DNA of 64,000 nucleotides, taken from the NCBI GenBank assembly GCA_048772705.1, contig JBLWGC010000230.1, forward strand, positions 372,001-436,000, read 5' to 3'. The notes under the pieces are model-generated. The model searched no databases. It was not told where the DNA came from and worked only from the letters and a program-made list of their open reading frames with translations. Position 1 is the first letter of the stretch. Each line of letters begins with the position of its first letter. The translations under genes and the position numbers were made by a program. This stretch comes from Leidyana gryllorum EB-2025a. Its lineage: Eukaryota; Protista; Apicomplexa. Below are positions 24,378 to 36,546 of the stretch, piece after piece.

Positions 24378-25871
24378 TTACTTTTGAGGTGTGACTGTGA
24401 CTCCATAGCTGTCCAGATTCACATAGTCATCAACGCATACTAATGCCGCTTCTATGGCTTGAAGAAGTTCATGGGCTAAGGGGCATATGGCTTCGGTGAA
24501 GGTGCCTGGTTGGGCATCAGGGTCAGCAAATTCCAAGGCGGCCGCGTGAAGAAACATTCTGGGACACCATTGTCTGTCCTCTTGGCATCGATCTTGGTCG
24601 AGGTACTTGGTGTCACTGACTAAAGGATGGCCAATGTGGCGCATATGGACCCTGATTTGATGCGTTCTTCCGGTGATAATCCGGCATTTACAAAGACTGA
24701 ACTCTTCGGTTGAGGTTTTGCTCCCTGTCAGTCCACCGTCAATGAAGGTTCCACCGTCGTCTTTCCTTCTGTTAGCAGATCCTATACCACTGACTCCTTT
24801 TGGTTCTCCCATAACATTTTCTCCGACACGTTGTGGTCGGTCCCGCAAGGCCTGAAGCCAATCCGTTTGTTTCTTTAGATCTCTTTTACTTACCTCTTGA
24901 ATATCGGACCAACATTTTCTTCTGAAGACTTTGCACACATGATATTCCGTCAGGGCTACTTCTCCCCCTTCCGCAACGACGGTTGTGAAGTGGCTCTTGA
25001 TTCTTCTGGACTTGTTGGTTCCGTAGTCTTTAGTCAATAGCCGCGTTTTGACGGCCCCCTGGAGCTCTGATATTCGTCCATGGCAGAGAAGTAGGTATTC
25101 TTTGTGAACATATCTGCGTCGGAACTGTTCCCATATAAGATCACGAGATCTGTGTGTCTTGGCTATGAGTAGCGCTCCACTGGTTTCAAGGTCGATCCGA
25201 TGGCATAGTCCACATTCCAATTCCCTCCACTTCTTGACGGTCTCCAGTTCAGGAAACTGGGTTTCCGAGGATTTGACATACAAGGAGGGAAACGGCTTAC
25301 CTTTTTCATCATCCAGAGGTGGAAGGACTCCATTTTGCCACTTCTCTGCAGCTTGGGCAGACTGATGTTGGCGGTCGCGTCTTCTATGCTACCAACCTCC
25401 AGAAGAGCGAGATCGAGAGGGTGCTCGGTACTCTGGCCGGGTCCAGAACAGTGCCAAAAGGCAGGTTTGGAGACGACGAACCATGTTTTGCTCTCCCGGA
25501 CGACACGTGGTTCGTCTTTGTGTACCAAAGAACGTCCAGCACGGCGTCGAAGGGCTTCGCTACTGTCCCCCCCAGCGGGACCTCCACCTGTACATGTATG
25601 AAGCGGAGTGTTGTATTTGGGACTTACGACGACCAGTGTTTGTTCGCTTGTAGGTCCCAGCGCTCAAGACGGGAGAGGCTTGGGACTGTCTGCGAGGCAT
25701 CGTTTCCTCAACTTCTTCGTCTGCTGCCTCGTCTTCCACACTGAAGTCGTCGTCAATCTCATCGACGCTCTCATCATTGGCACTCGACTTGTCGGACTCT
25801 GCTCCCCCTTCAATTGACTGCAAGGTGTGTTGCCACACCTCCTGAACCTGTGTGAGCAGACTCTCCGACAT
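24378..25871 (-). CDS. RluA-family pseudouridine synthase domain, probably the C-terminus of the upstream giant gene
   Basis: VVSKPA, CHRIDLETSG (catalytic Asp), KEY, TGRTHQIRVHM, GHPLVSD.KY, MFLHA; two introns. Confidence 0.92.
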
Positions 25872-28800
25872 GGAACGTGTAGGGTCTTGCGACCACAAGG
25901 CTTCTCGAGACGAGAGACAGGGTGTGTGAGCCACACTGTACAGATGAATGGTGGCCTTGGGCAATAGAAGTCTCGCTTCTGGCCATTGGAGTCCAGATGC
26001 AGCAGTGTTGAGCACGACTTGGGCGACCAGAATGACACTCTGGAGAAGGCTGCGGTTGAGTCTTCTGAAGTATTGGTTGGCGGCGGGTCCTCCATTCAGG
26101 ACAGCGAGTGCGAATACGGCCGCTCTCTCAAGCCGCCGTGTCAGAATCTGTGGGAGGTGGTATTGGGCCAATGAGTGGATTACGCTTTGAACTCACTCTG
26201 TAGAAATTCGTTCCAATTCTGCCTCCACTAAAGATGTCAGGCAACAGTGGTATGACGAGAAAAAGAGTGTAACAGATCGATATTGCGAGTAGGTATCTTC
26301 GTCGAATCTGTGGCCGTTGAGACTCGAAGCCGCATTCCAGAGCGGCCAAGGCGGCTGAAGTTGAGGTCGTGTCAGGATCGACTTGGAAACAATCCAAAGC
26401 TTCGGTGGTGAGACTGTGTAGAGCTCGGGAGAAGCCGAGCCGAGAATTAGCAGCACAGAGGGCCGCTAAGAATTCCGTGATCACAATGAGACTACGACTT
26501 TCGCCCATTGCCCATTGATAGAATGCGACTCCATTCTCGAACACTTCGTGAATTGAATCCTCATCGATACCTTCAACCGGAGCCGAGAAGCGGCGACGGA
26601 CTTCCTGGTCTTCATCCTGATCGACCGCCTTGATCGTCATTGAGTGATCGTTGCTGGATCCTCGCAGAGTCGATGCTAAACCTTCAAACGAAGCTAACCT
26701 GCGAGCTCCCGCCTCGTCCCCACCAATGAATGGAGTCAGGTGATCCAGGCTGCTCTCCGAGGCGGCTTCACACATTCTCTCGCGGATCTCCCAAATGGAG
26801 CATCGGGCGAAGGCTTGACGACTGGCTTCTGGAAGTCCATCGATCATCAATCCGAGTTGTCGTGCCCACTCTTTACTCGGCCAGTTTGTTAACAGCTCGC
26901 CGTCTTTCGGGGGCATCAGTGGCTCCATACACGTTTCCACAGCTCTCAGTACCTTCTGCTCCAGTTCCGACCCTGACAGACTCTCGCAGACCGCAGGGCC
27001 CAAGGCCTCGCGAAATGCAGGGTCCAACAATTCCAATGACAGTGGGTCACCCAAGAGACCTAAAGGTCTCGACCGACTAATGGGAGAGGCGGCAATGGCG
27101 CGTAGAAGCCGCAGGGGTTCGGCTAACTCCAGACTGGCCCCCATACTGCTGGGAGACTCTCCTGCGATACTTCCCTCTATTTCGTCCAGTAGTAGAGTCC
27201 CTGCGTTGCCACACTGAGAATCCGAGTCATTCCCGGCTCCGTAACGACGCAGGGCGGCTGCAAATCGACGGTTCCCAGATATCGGACGCCCAGCACCACG
27301 TGTGCGTGGGTACTTTGGTTGCTGACGTTTCTTCCGTTTGGTCCCTCCGACGGTACGAATGAACTCTGGACTGTTCCCGGGCAGAACACCGGCTCCTCCC
27401 AGATGTCCATTCAGTGGAGCGTCGGCTATTGAAACGTCGTCTTCATTCAGGAGACTGGCGGCGTCCTTGAGGCTGACTGCGTCGCGTAGGCTCAGGGTGT
27501 CAGCCTCCAGTGTAACAAGATTGGTGGTGTTGATTGGAGTGGTAGCAGTAACAGAGGATCGTCCAGTGGCAGTGACGGGGGGGGGCGGAGGGGTCCTTCG
27601 TTTCTCGGCTGCGGCTGCGAAAACGTCTCGAATCAGATCGGACAATTCTTGCTTCGTATTGAGAGAATTCGAGACTTCGCCGTCACTCGAGTTTGAGGAC
27701 GCTACGGCTGCAGCCGCTGCAGCCGAGAGTGAAGGAGAACCTGGTGGCTGTAGGGATGGTGACGGACTTTTTACTGTTACATCCTCGAGCTCAGCGAGAG
27801 GAATCCCGTCCGCTAATCTTGAAGCGGTGATGGCTTGGTGCGCCAGTTCGGCACGCAGGGCCGCAATCCTATTGGCTTGAGCCTGCATAGATCCACCCGC
27901 TGCGACAATGTCAGCAACCCTTTCCGGGCCACATTTGCGCAACAATTTTAACACTGGCGGAGGAGGGAGTTGTGATGGCGCTGATGTATGGAACGATACG
28001 GCATTCCATTGCAACACGATGATCTCGGATGTGCGTTTGTTGAGTTTGCGGACAGAGGCATTGAAGCGACGGATATTTTGGAATTCTCGTTGAGGTGTAT
28101 ACAGCTCTTCCGCAACGACACATAGGTTCTGAAGATCAATGCGTGCGGCAATACTCTGAATGAACTTCTTGTGGAATGCGGGCCATCCAGAAGCGTCCAG
28201 TGGGGGTGCAGTGTCCGGAGGGAGGTCAAGGAGTTGGAATAAGGGTTTCAGAATATGGGGCGCACGAGTTAGTACTCGGAAGAGTACCCAGGCGCTGATA
28301 ACCGCTTGCAAACTGACTCGATTCTCGCAAAGTGTAGCTCCAAGGGAAATTAGTTCGACATTCTCGCGATCAAACCATTTGAAGAGTAACAAAGGTCGCG
28401 CGACATCTTCGGCTGCGGTGGGTAATGGAGACTGAGGGGTCTTGGGAGGTGGTGGAGGGGCCGCCTTGGAGCGCTTGCGGGCAGTCTTGGACAACTTTTG
28501 CGGTTTTGATGATGACGAGGAGGGAGGGGATTTCGCCGGAGGGGGAGGCGAACACGACAAGACAACGAGAACCTGAATGTCTGTACTAGGGGCATCCAGT
28601 GGTGGCGAAGGGTTGGCCAGCAGAAAGTCGGCTACCTTGGACTGGGGATTTAAGAACGCCCACCGACTTCGACGACGACGCGTGGGCGTGAATTCACAAC
28701 TGGCATTCGCTGGCTGAGACGGAGATGACGAATGATCGGCGTACATCAGAGTATACAAATGTACGTTCAATGAAGACTCAAGCAAGGCGACTCCAAAAGA

Positions 28801-31800
28801 GCTATTTTCCAGGATCGGAACTGCCATTCCTTTACTTGGCGTAGTCAGAGGCGGTGAAGACTTGAGGATGTGATCCGACGTGGTCGCTGAACCTAGCGCC
28901 ACTACCGGTAACAAACAACTTGGATCGTACTCATTGGGCGCCTCTGCCCACCGACGCAGCCTCTGTTTGACACTGTGGCGAACGAAACGGTACACCGTCT
29001 CGAAATTTGCTTCCCGATCGATGTATATTGTGGCTTCACTGTAACTGCAGAGCGGACGACGTCCGGCCACACGAGTCGGACCTTCACTCTCGGGACCTAA
29101 CTGGTGCTCCATCACAAATTCTATCCGCGCCCTCTTGCCCAACCCAACGGACTGAGGCGGCGGAAACGCGGCATCGAAACTCGACGCATCTTCTTGACTG
29201 AACAAACTCGACACTTCCAAGAGATCAGCTCGATGTGGTTTCGTCTCCATACCCTCTGATCGACGTCGCTTTGCGGCAGACGGACCTGCTGCTGCTTCGA
29301 TCTGACTATTCCTCAGCCCAATTCGCCGTTTCATCCGTAAAAGATCTCGTCGAGTAGCTTGTTGGACTCGGCGTGACGCCACAACTGATCCGTAACATAT
29401 GCTCAGCACGCGGGAACCACTCGGCCGAATGCATTTAAGCAACCGCCGGAACGCATGTTGGTCCATATTAAACTGAGACGGGGCAATGTCAATTGGGTTT
29501 GCATCTCCCGCTCGTGATCGCTTCTTTGCCTGTGACACTTCGCCATTAACAGACTCCGCATCCAATCGGGCCGCAAAACGTTTGGCTGTCCCCGTGCGTT
29601 CTTCTCCCCATAGTCCTTCCGTCAGCTTTCGGCGTTCTGTCATGGTACCATTGATCTCCAGAGAAGAGGGCACAAGAGCGGTTCGCAAAACCCGGAACTC
29701 CACTGCTTCCAAGATGGCCAGGCAGAAAACGTCCGCAAAGGGGGTTCGACCACTCCGGTCGTTGGTGTTCCCTGCCGGCCCTGGCACACTCGGTCGGCAA
29801 GCGTCGACCCCAGCTAGGAGATCCCATACCACGCTGACTTGACGAGTCACCCAGCTTTCAAGAGCTCCAGGGCTCTCCAATTCTCCGAATTGGGTGTCAG
29901 GGCCGTTGACCGGCCCGCAGGAGGTCAGAGATCCTTCGCTGTACGAGGAGCTGGGCAGAATGCTGGGCGTACAGGTGTCGGTGACCCTGTCGTTGACAGT
30001 ACATCCGCAGAAGGGATTGGGTCCGCCACTCGAACTCTTGGCGAGGCTGAGAGCACTCTCTTCCACATTGATGGGACTTGCGGTCACCGGCACAGGCGCC
30101 GAGTCATCTGCAGTTGAGGGTCCATCGAGGAGTAGATGATTCGGAGATCCTTGCACATTACGTTCCCCCAAACCTACTCGCAGATAATTGTCGACTGCTG
30201 AAGCCACGCGAATGGCTCGTCGTGCTGCTTCCGCGAGAGTCCAATTGTAGTCTGAGGCAGCGGCGACCCCAAAGACTTCCACCAGGATGGTATGCAAGTC
30301 ATCTGCGTCTTTTCTGCTGATGGCGTCGGTGAGCAAAACTCGACATCGGTCCAAGAACCCTTGATTCCCGCTGCTATCAAGAGCTCTCTTGACCTCGCTT
30401 GGGACGAAAAGTCTCGCGAACGGTGCGAATGGAGCTGCCAGAGCCGTCTTCAATGGTGAGGGTTGTGGATCGCTCTTCCAGGGTTGCCATAGTGAGTCAA
30501 GGTAGGCATCTGGAACACCAAATTCAATCAGTGTCTGTTTGTAAAGTGGAGGATTGACTTGACGGAGGTCGGTCACTCGGATGGGAGTCTGAGAATCGAT
30601 ATAATCTTCTGCCAGATACACAGCGGCCGCACATAAGAAGTCACGATGGCATTTCCATTCGGCAAAGGGCATTCGTGGAATCAACTTTTCTGCTCGTCCG
30701 TCGCATATACGGAACCAAGGACCTTCTTCATCAGGACGAATGATAAGGTAATAACCATTGCTACTTGTGAGGTTCCCATTACCACCTCCCTCAGTGTCTC
30801 GGACAACAAGTGCGTACAATGAGTACCAATGATCTCGAGCGTGGGTTCGATTGGGAGATGCCATGAAGGATAGGTCCAGACGGAGAGGAACATCAAACAA
30901 CTCGCCCTTTCGAGTCGCTCGTTGCGGTGTGACGTACACAAACAAGAGATGGGGGTGATTGTCAAACTGCCGTCCGCTGGCCTCGAGAGCTTTTTGTACC
31001 GACTGGACATGTCGAATTTTGATGAAGGCTTGAGAATATGCACCATCACTCAGCCTTTGATACCTTTACAAAACGCACAGAACATAATTAACCCATTTCA
31101 GTACCCATAGGGCAATACTCACGGGTGTTGAGGGTGAGGCACGGTGTCTCGTCGCAAGGAAGTGTTTATTGCAGAGTCCAGAAACGAATCCAATTGCAAA
31201 CTTTGCAATCGGCTGACTCCACTTGGGGAAGATCCCGAACAACCGAATAGCTCGGTGATGTAGTCAATCTTACATTCTTCGTGAATGGCTTTGAAAAGCA
31301 TTTGGTGTAGCTCAACAAACGGGTCACTGAAACTCATTCGCTGTACACAATTGAGCTCTGCAATCGTAAATCGAAGTCCAGGGACCCCTTCGGGTAATGC
31401 AGACTCACCGAGAGCTTTCATCACAATCTTGTTCGATGGTTGTTTGTCCAGAATGGAGGCAACAAGCGGATCGTGAGGGACTGTTACCGCTGCATTGTGC
31501 ATGCTGAGAACCTCGCGAACGGGCCGATCGGTCCGTCCGTTTTCACTAGCCAAACACATCACCAAGGGCCACAGTTGCATTTGCGCGAACGTCTGCTGTA
31601 AAGCTTGGATCACTGGAGCCGTGTTGCCCCGGGGTTGCCAGCTACATACTCGACGCCGCAACGGTTTGAGATGGAAAAGTACCTGATATAGGTAGAAAGC
31701 AGTGTGCGGTAGGATCGCACACACACTCACGTGGATCATGCAGGAGAGGTAGTCAGACTGCAGAGAGGGGCTGAGGGTGGGTACCATACATTCCCAGGCC

Positions 31801-32484
31801 TCAACGGCTGCTGTTGATCGGACTGGTGGCGGTGTCGCACTCGCACTGGGTGTGTTGGTGATCCGGCGATGCAGTCTCTTTGCGCTTTCAGTTGAGGACT
31901 GAGCTGGAGGGCTGGCGGGACGACTGAAGGACTCCTCCAATGTCGAAGAAGACGGCAGCACATCCCAGAGATTCCTTGGTAGAAATGTCAGGGTTCTTCT
32001 GGACCAAGGGCCCCAGAAGACAGGTTCTGCTTTACCTCTGACCAGGAGTGTGTCTTCATCGTTGAGAAATCCGCGTGCCCGACTGATCTTGGACTGCGGC
32101 AGCATGCGTTGCCACCCGCGACTGGTGGTGTCATCGCAGAAGGTCCAGTGTGCCCAGCTATTGACATTGTCTTTGGGATCACGCCAATTGACTACAGTTA
32201 GGTCAAATCGCACATTGGGAAATATCCTGTAGCCCTGTTTGAGCGGAGTACATGTGTCTGTTACCCTACCAATCGTCTGGAAACCACGGTTGTTTGAGTG
32301 CCTCGAGAAAGACCGACAAGTGGGATGACTCTTGCTCAGTTCCCCGGGGATGAACGAGGATGCGGAAATAGAATCCTTGTGAGTACCCTATAAGTGGGCT
32401 CTCAATGTCCCGTTGCTGCTTGACGAGTTTCCAGAAGTTGGGTAACGGAAACTCGATGACACTCGCCAACTCGCTCCCTTCCAT
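25872..32484 (-). CDS. Giant MATH + USP-like (catalytically degenerate) protein, in frame with the RluA domain
   Basis: N-terminal MATH (FRILVHPRG, HLSVFLEA, SRGW, GFLNDEDTL) followed by USP7-like Cys/His-box remnants; 1,605-aa exon; an intron at ~26148-26196 leads into a stop-free frame reaching MSESLL (25871). Confidence 0.8.
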
Positions 32485-32734
32485 CCCATATTCCCAGTCT
32501 GTGAAAAAAGTCCTTTTATTAGGTCTCTAGCTCACGGAGCTCTGCTGGTGTCGGTAATGGTACTATACAATGTCCGGCACGCCCCATATGGTATATCAAT
32601 GTCTACAAACGAATGTAACGGTTAGCGCCCACAAGTTTGAAGAGTGTCTGGTTAGGAGTGGCAAAAATATGAATTATCACATATAGCCAATGTCGTATCA
32701 GAAGTGGCAAAAAAAACTTAACTAATCTTATCCT

Positions 32735-33754
32735 ATGAAGTCTGTAATCATCGCTTCGTCCGCCAGCGAGCGTCAGGATGTTATTTCCGTCGCTCTGTGC
32801 GCCTCCCAAGTCTTGTCTGCTATGCCAGTAGTTGAAGCTCCTGCCGCTGACGTCTCTAAGGATGTCGCTGAGGAGGTGAAGATTGAGAGCAACGTGGCGG
32901 AGGTTATTCTTGAGGGCGAGGCCCCCAAATCGAACGCTGCCGTGGACGTCGCTGCCGACGGAGCTGAGGCTGAGCCGGTAGTTGAGACTCCCGATGAGAC
33001 TCCCGCTTTCAACCCCTTCGATATGTTGAAAGAGACTGTCGAGGCATTCAAGGGAACTGAGAACTTCACCCCTGACGATGTTTCGGCTCTCATCACTCTC
33101 GCTGCCGCTCGCCGCGCCCAAGAGAAAATCAATGATGTGTTGGACACTGTTGAACCGTTCAAGCCCATCGACGGCGTTGCTGTCACTGATGAGGTTGAGG
33201 CAGTCCAGAAGCTTCTGGTCGAGGAGAACTTGGATGAGTTCAAGACTCAGTTCGAGGGTTTGGTGGAGAAGACCTCTGCTGAGTTGGTGAAGGTTGCCAT
33301 CCCCGAGCCCTTCAAGCCCGAGGAGGAAGTGGTGACTGAGATGGATCAACTGCGCCAGCAGATGAAGGGTATCTACGCTCAAGTCAAGCAGATGCGCCTT
33401 GGCAATCTGTTCGGCAACCTTGTTACCTACCTCAGAAACACTGTTCCTCTTGTGAAGCAGGACCAGAGAGAAGCTGCCTTGAGAGAGGCGGACCTCGATT
33501 TCCTCATCCCCCAGATGGATCGTAGAATGTTGGCTGCTAAGGCAATGATGGAGAACCCCGAGTTACTAAAGATGATGCAAGGAGGGCCCTATGAGGCTTC
33601 GGATGAGGAAATTAGCTCTGATTTCATGGGAGTCAGCTCAGATGCCGCGGCGACCACTCCGGTTGTTGAGGAAATTCCACTTGGGGAAGTGACCACCCCG
33701 ATTGTCGAGGAAGTGACCGCTGGTGCTCAGGTGTCACCTGCCCCTGCTGCTTGA
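32735..33754 (+). CDS. Acidic Ala/Glu/Val-rich putative secreted protein
   Basis: Hydrophobic VISVALCASQVLSA near the N-terminus; strong codon bias like PFK. Confidence 0.75.
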   Translation: MKSVIIASSASERQDVISVALCASQVLSAMPVVEAPAADVSKDVAEEVKIESNVAEVILEGEAPKSNAAVDVAADGAEAEPVVETPDETPAFNPFDMLKETVEAFKGTENFTPDDVSALITLAAARRAQEKINDVLDTVEPFKPIDGVAVTDEVEAVQKLLVEENLDEFKTQFEGLVEKTSAELVKVAIPEPFKPEEEVVTEMDQLRQQMKGIYAQVKQMRLGNLFGNLVTYLRNTVPLVKQDQREAALREADLDFLIPQMDRRMLAAKAMMENPELLKMMQGGPYEASDEEISSDFMGVSSDAAATTPVVEEIPLGEVTTPIVEEVTAGAQVSPAPAA

Positions 33755-33980
33755 AACGCTAGTTAGTATACCTTGCTGAACTTCTCTGCACTTTTTGGTG
33801 TTAAATCAACCGCAATGAAAGTTCATAGCCAATGAATAACCTGCACCCCCGATCGACATCGAGCCACTCAACCACGGTAGAGCCGTCCGTTCTGTCTCGG
33901 AAAAAAAAAGTACCCACCGGTCTTCCTTTTTTGTGAGCGTCATCACCATTCATTCCTTCCTTTCATCTGATGTCTTGAAG

Positions 33981-35114
33981 AGATGATGATTTGTCCGCTA
34001 CCTACTTTTCCAATGACCCAGTCAGGTATGATTGGAATAGTTGACATCCATTCTCTGATTCTCATACTCGATTCAATGTGATGTTCGGCCTTTCTCTAGA
34101 GTCGCTCAGTCTGGAGCCGTACCTCCTTCTCGAGCGCTAATAAAGGCCAATACCGATTTCACGGAAGCCTTCTGGGGGGTAACAGAAATTCCCACCCGGA
34201 TTGTTCTTGTGAATACACTTCTATGTGTGTATGTGCCTCTGCCTGTCTTTCTATGATGTATCTAATCAAATTCACCATCTTTCGACTGAATCATCTCTGT
34301 CGAGAAATTTGATCTTTGACTGACCATTCCACGTTTATCGATGATGACAAACTAACTCAGCTCATTCATAGGCTTCGGCCAATGAGGAGAAACATCCACA
34401 GGGGCCCGACATCCCCTTTCTGATCACCTTATCAACTCCGGCCCCTCAGCTAGAGCGCCGCTCTTCTTCTGACGGTAGCTCTCGTTTCAGGGTGCCTAAA
34501 CCAACGGTCTCTGCAATGATTCAACCCTCCATGTCCTTTGACGTGGAGCGACTACGTTGCTGCCCAACAGTTCCGCCTTCGTTTGTATTGCTTGTTTGTT
34601 GTCTTCCACGATAATGTTGTGAGTGGACAATTTCTCGCCTCCCCTCGCCTCTGGTGCATCCATTCACTCGCGACATATCTAATCATATTCACCCGTGATG
34701 TATCTAATCAAAATTCACCATCTTTCGACTGAATCATCTCTGTCGAGAAATTTGATCTTTGACTGACCATTCCACGTTTATCGATGATGACAAACTAACT
34801 CAGCTCATTCATAGGCTTCGGCCAATGAGGAGAAACATCCACAGGGGCCCGACATCCCCTTTCTGATCACCTTATCAACTCCGGCCCCTCAGCTAGAGCG
34901 CCGCTCTTCTTCTGACGGTAGCTCTCGTTTCAGGGTGCCCATAACGAAAGGCTCATGCGACCGAAACTCTCCTGTCTCCATTGTCGATGACAGCGAATAC
35001 GCGTCGTTGCCGACAATTTCGTGTCTGTTCAACAAAGATGATGATTTGTCCGCTACCTACTTTTCCAATGACCCAGTCAGGTATGATTGGAATAGTTGAC
35101 ATCCATTCTCTGAT
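33981..35114. repeat. 79-bp direct repeat pair (33981-34059 and 35036-35114)
   Basis: Identical AGATGATGATTTGTCCGCTAC...CCATTCTCTGAT at both positions. Confidence 0.9.
34254..34939. repeat. ~243-bp direct repeat pair (34254-34496 and 34696-34939)
   Basis: Near-identical TGATGTATCTAATC...TTTCAGGGTGCC; the only difference I saw is one A in a run. Confidence 0.92.
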
Positions 35115-35599
35115 GCATCCGAATGCAAATGTTGCCCGAGGTGGCCTGTGTAGACATACTTCTGTTTCCATTTTGTTGTGCTCAATAAGCATGATACCCG
35201 ACTTTTAAGGACTGATTGAATAGGTCTATGTGAGGGATGAGTCACTGTGGCTCGCCGGCTCCGCCGATTACAGCTTCTTCCTCGGTGGTTTTAGTGCCGT
35301 CTTTAGCTTCGAGGCCATCCCTTATGTCTTACCGTTCTCAAGAGTCGGTTCAGTTCAGTAGCTTTAGTTCAATTCTCTACTTCTGGTTGCTGTACCCATA
35401 TATTGCAAGGCGTTTCTCAACTTTCTCAGTATCTGGGAGACGGCGTTTCCTTCCCTGTATCCGTCTTCACTTCGGTCTGATCAAGGACAGCCTGGAGTTG
35501 GACTGTTGTCTGCCCAGCGGTCCCTCAACTGATAGCCTCCCCGGTCTCGTACGAGATGGGGGGAACTTATAAACACGTGTGTGTTACATTTCACTTACT

Positions 35600-36230
35600 C
35601 GAAGCCAGTGGATTCGAACGATTTCTCCGCCAATGGTAGCGACCTGCTCTACTCCGAGATAGTTCAGCGGACCCAGAGACCGATCAGAAAACGGACTCAG
35701 CCTTAACACGCCCACTGCGGTGTCGGGCATATCACATCACCAAGGATAACCCGATTTTCGCAACAGTAGGCCCAGCATACCTCTGGGATGGGAAATCCGC
35801 ACGCTGCCCATCCGCGTGAGGAGAGAGCTTTGACCATTGTAACCACCAGCAAACAACATGGCAACAGCTGCTGGATCGACACTGCCGTACTGCTCTTACA
35901 TGGTCCAAATGAGACGGCCGCCTGGCTCAGCGGATCCGGTCGCCAGCGATGAGCTTTCGAGGCGCTGTAGACCTTTCTTGAGGAAGAAGGGATTGAGGAG
36001 GAACGGGTAAGCCACCTGCGACGGCCGCTCCCCATCCTCACTCCCTAAGGCAGTGGCTGTTTCCAGCGTAGCCCTCCATGGATGCGCCGAAGGCCGGGTA
36101 TCTCCACGAGTCGCTGTCGGACAGCTCAATCAGGAGGGTCTTCCAAGGGGGGGCTATGTGCGATCGGCTGGGCCCCGCCCCAGAACAGGAGGCCACGGAC
36201 CTTGGCGGAGAGCTGCTGAGGAGACACACA
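35600..36230 (-). pseudogene. Possible decayed coding sequence
   Basis: Protein-like reading (VAYPFLLNPFFLKKGLQRL...*EQYGSVDPAAVAMLFAGG...*) broken by in-frame stops. Confidence 0.3.
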
Positions 36231-36546
36231 CGTTTTTAATTTTCGTTTTGAGAAATGACTAATTGGAAGATGAAGAGCACAGGATCCCCAATCTGATAGT
36301 CTGAACGATATTGAGACTGATGGTATAACAGCAATAGCAGAAATCAAGCAGTCACACATATGTGGTTTACGCTCGTCGCAAGTGAGATGTAAGATCCCAT
36401 TGAGGGGAATAAGGTGAAACGGCGCTATGCCGTCCCGCTATGTCGTTGATGGTCTATGGTCTACGAAAAAACGATCACGCACGGTAGGGTTCCTCTGCGC
36501 TCGTCATGTCGCGTGGACGGCTCAGCAACTTTGTTGAGTCGCTACC

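Noticed and set aside
32603-33382. 259-aa antisense ORF
   Set aside because: Shadow of the acidic protein gene.
34254-34939. 243-bp repeat pair as LTRs of an intact element
   Set aside because: Only ~200 bp between copies; no TG...CA ends, primer-binding site or target-site duplication evident.
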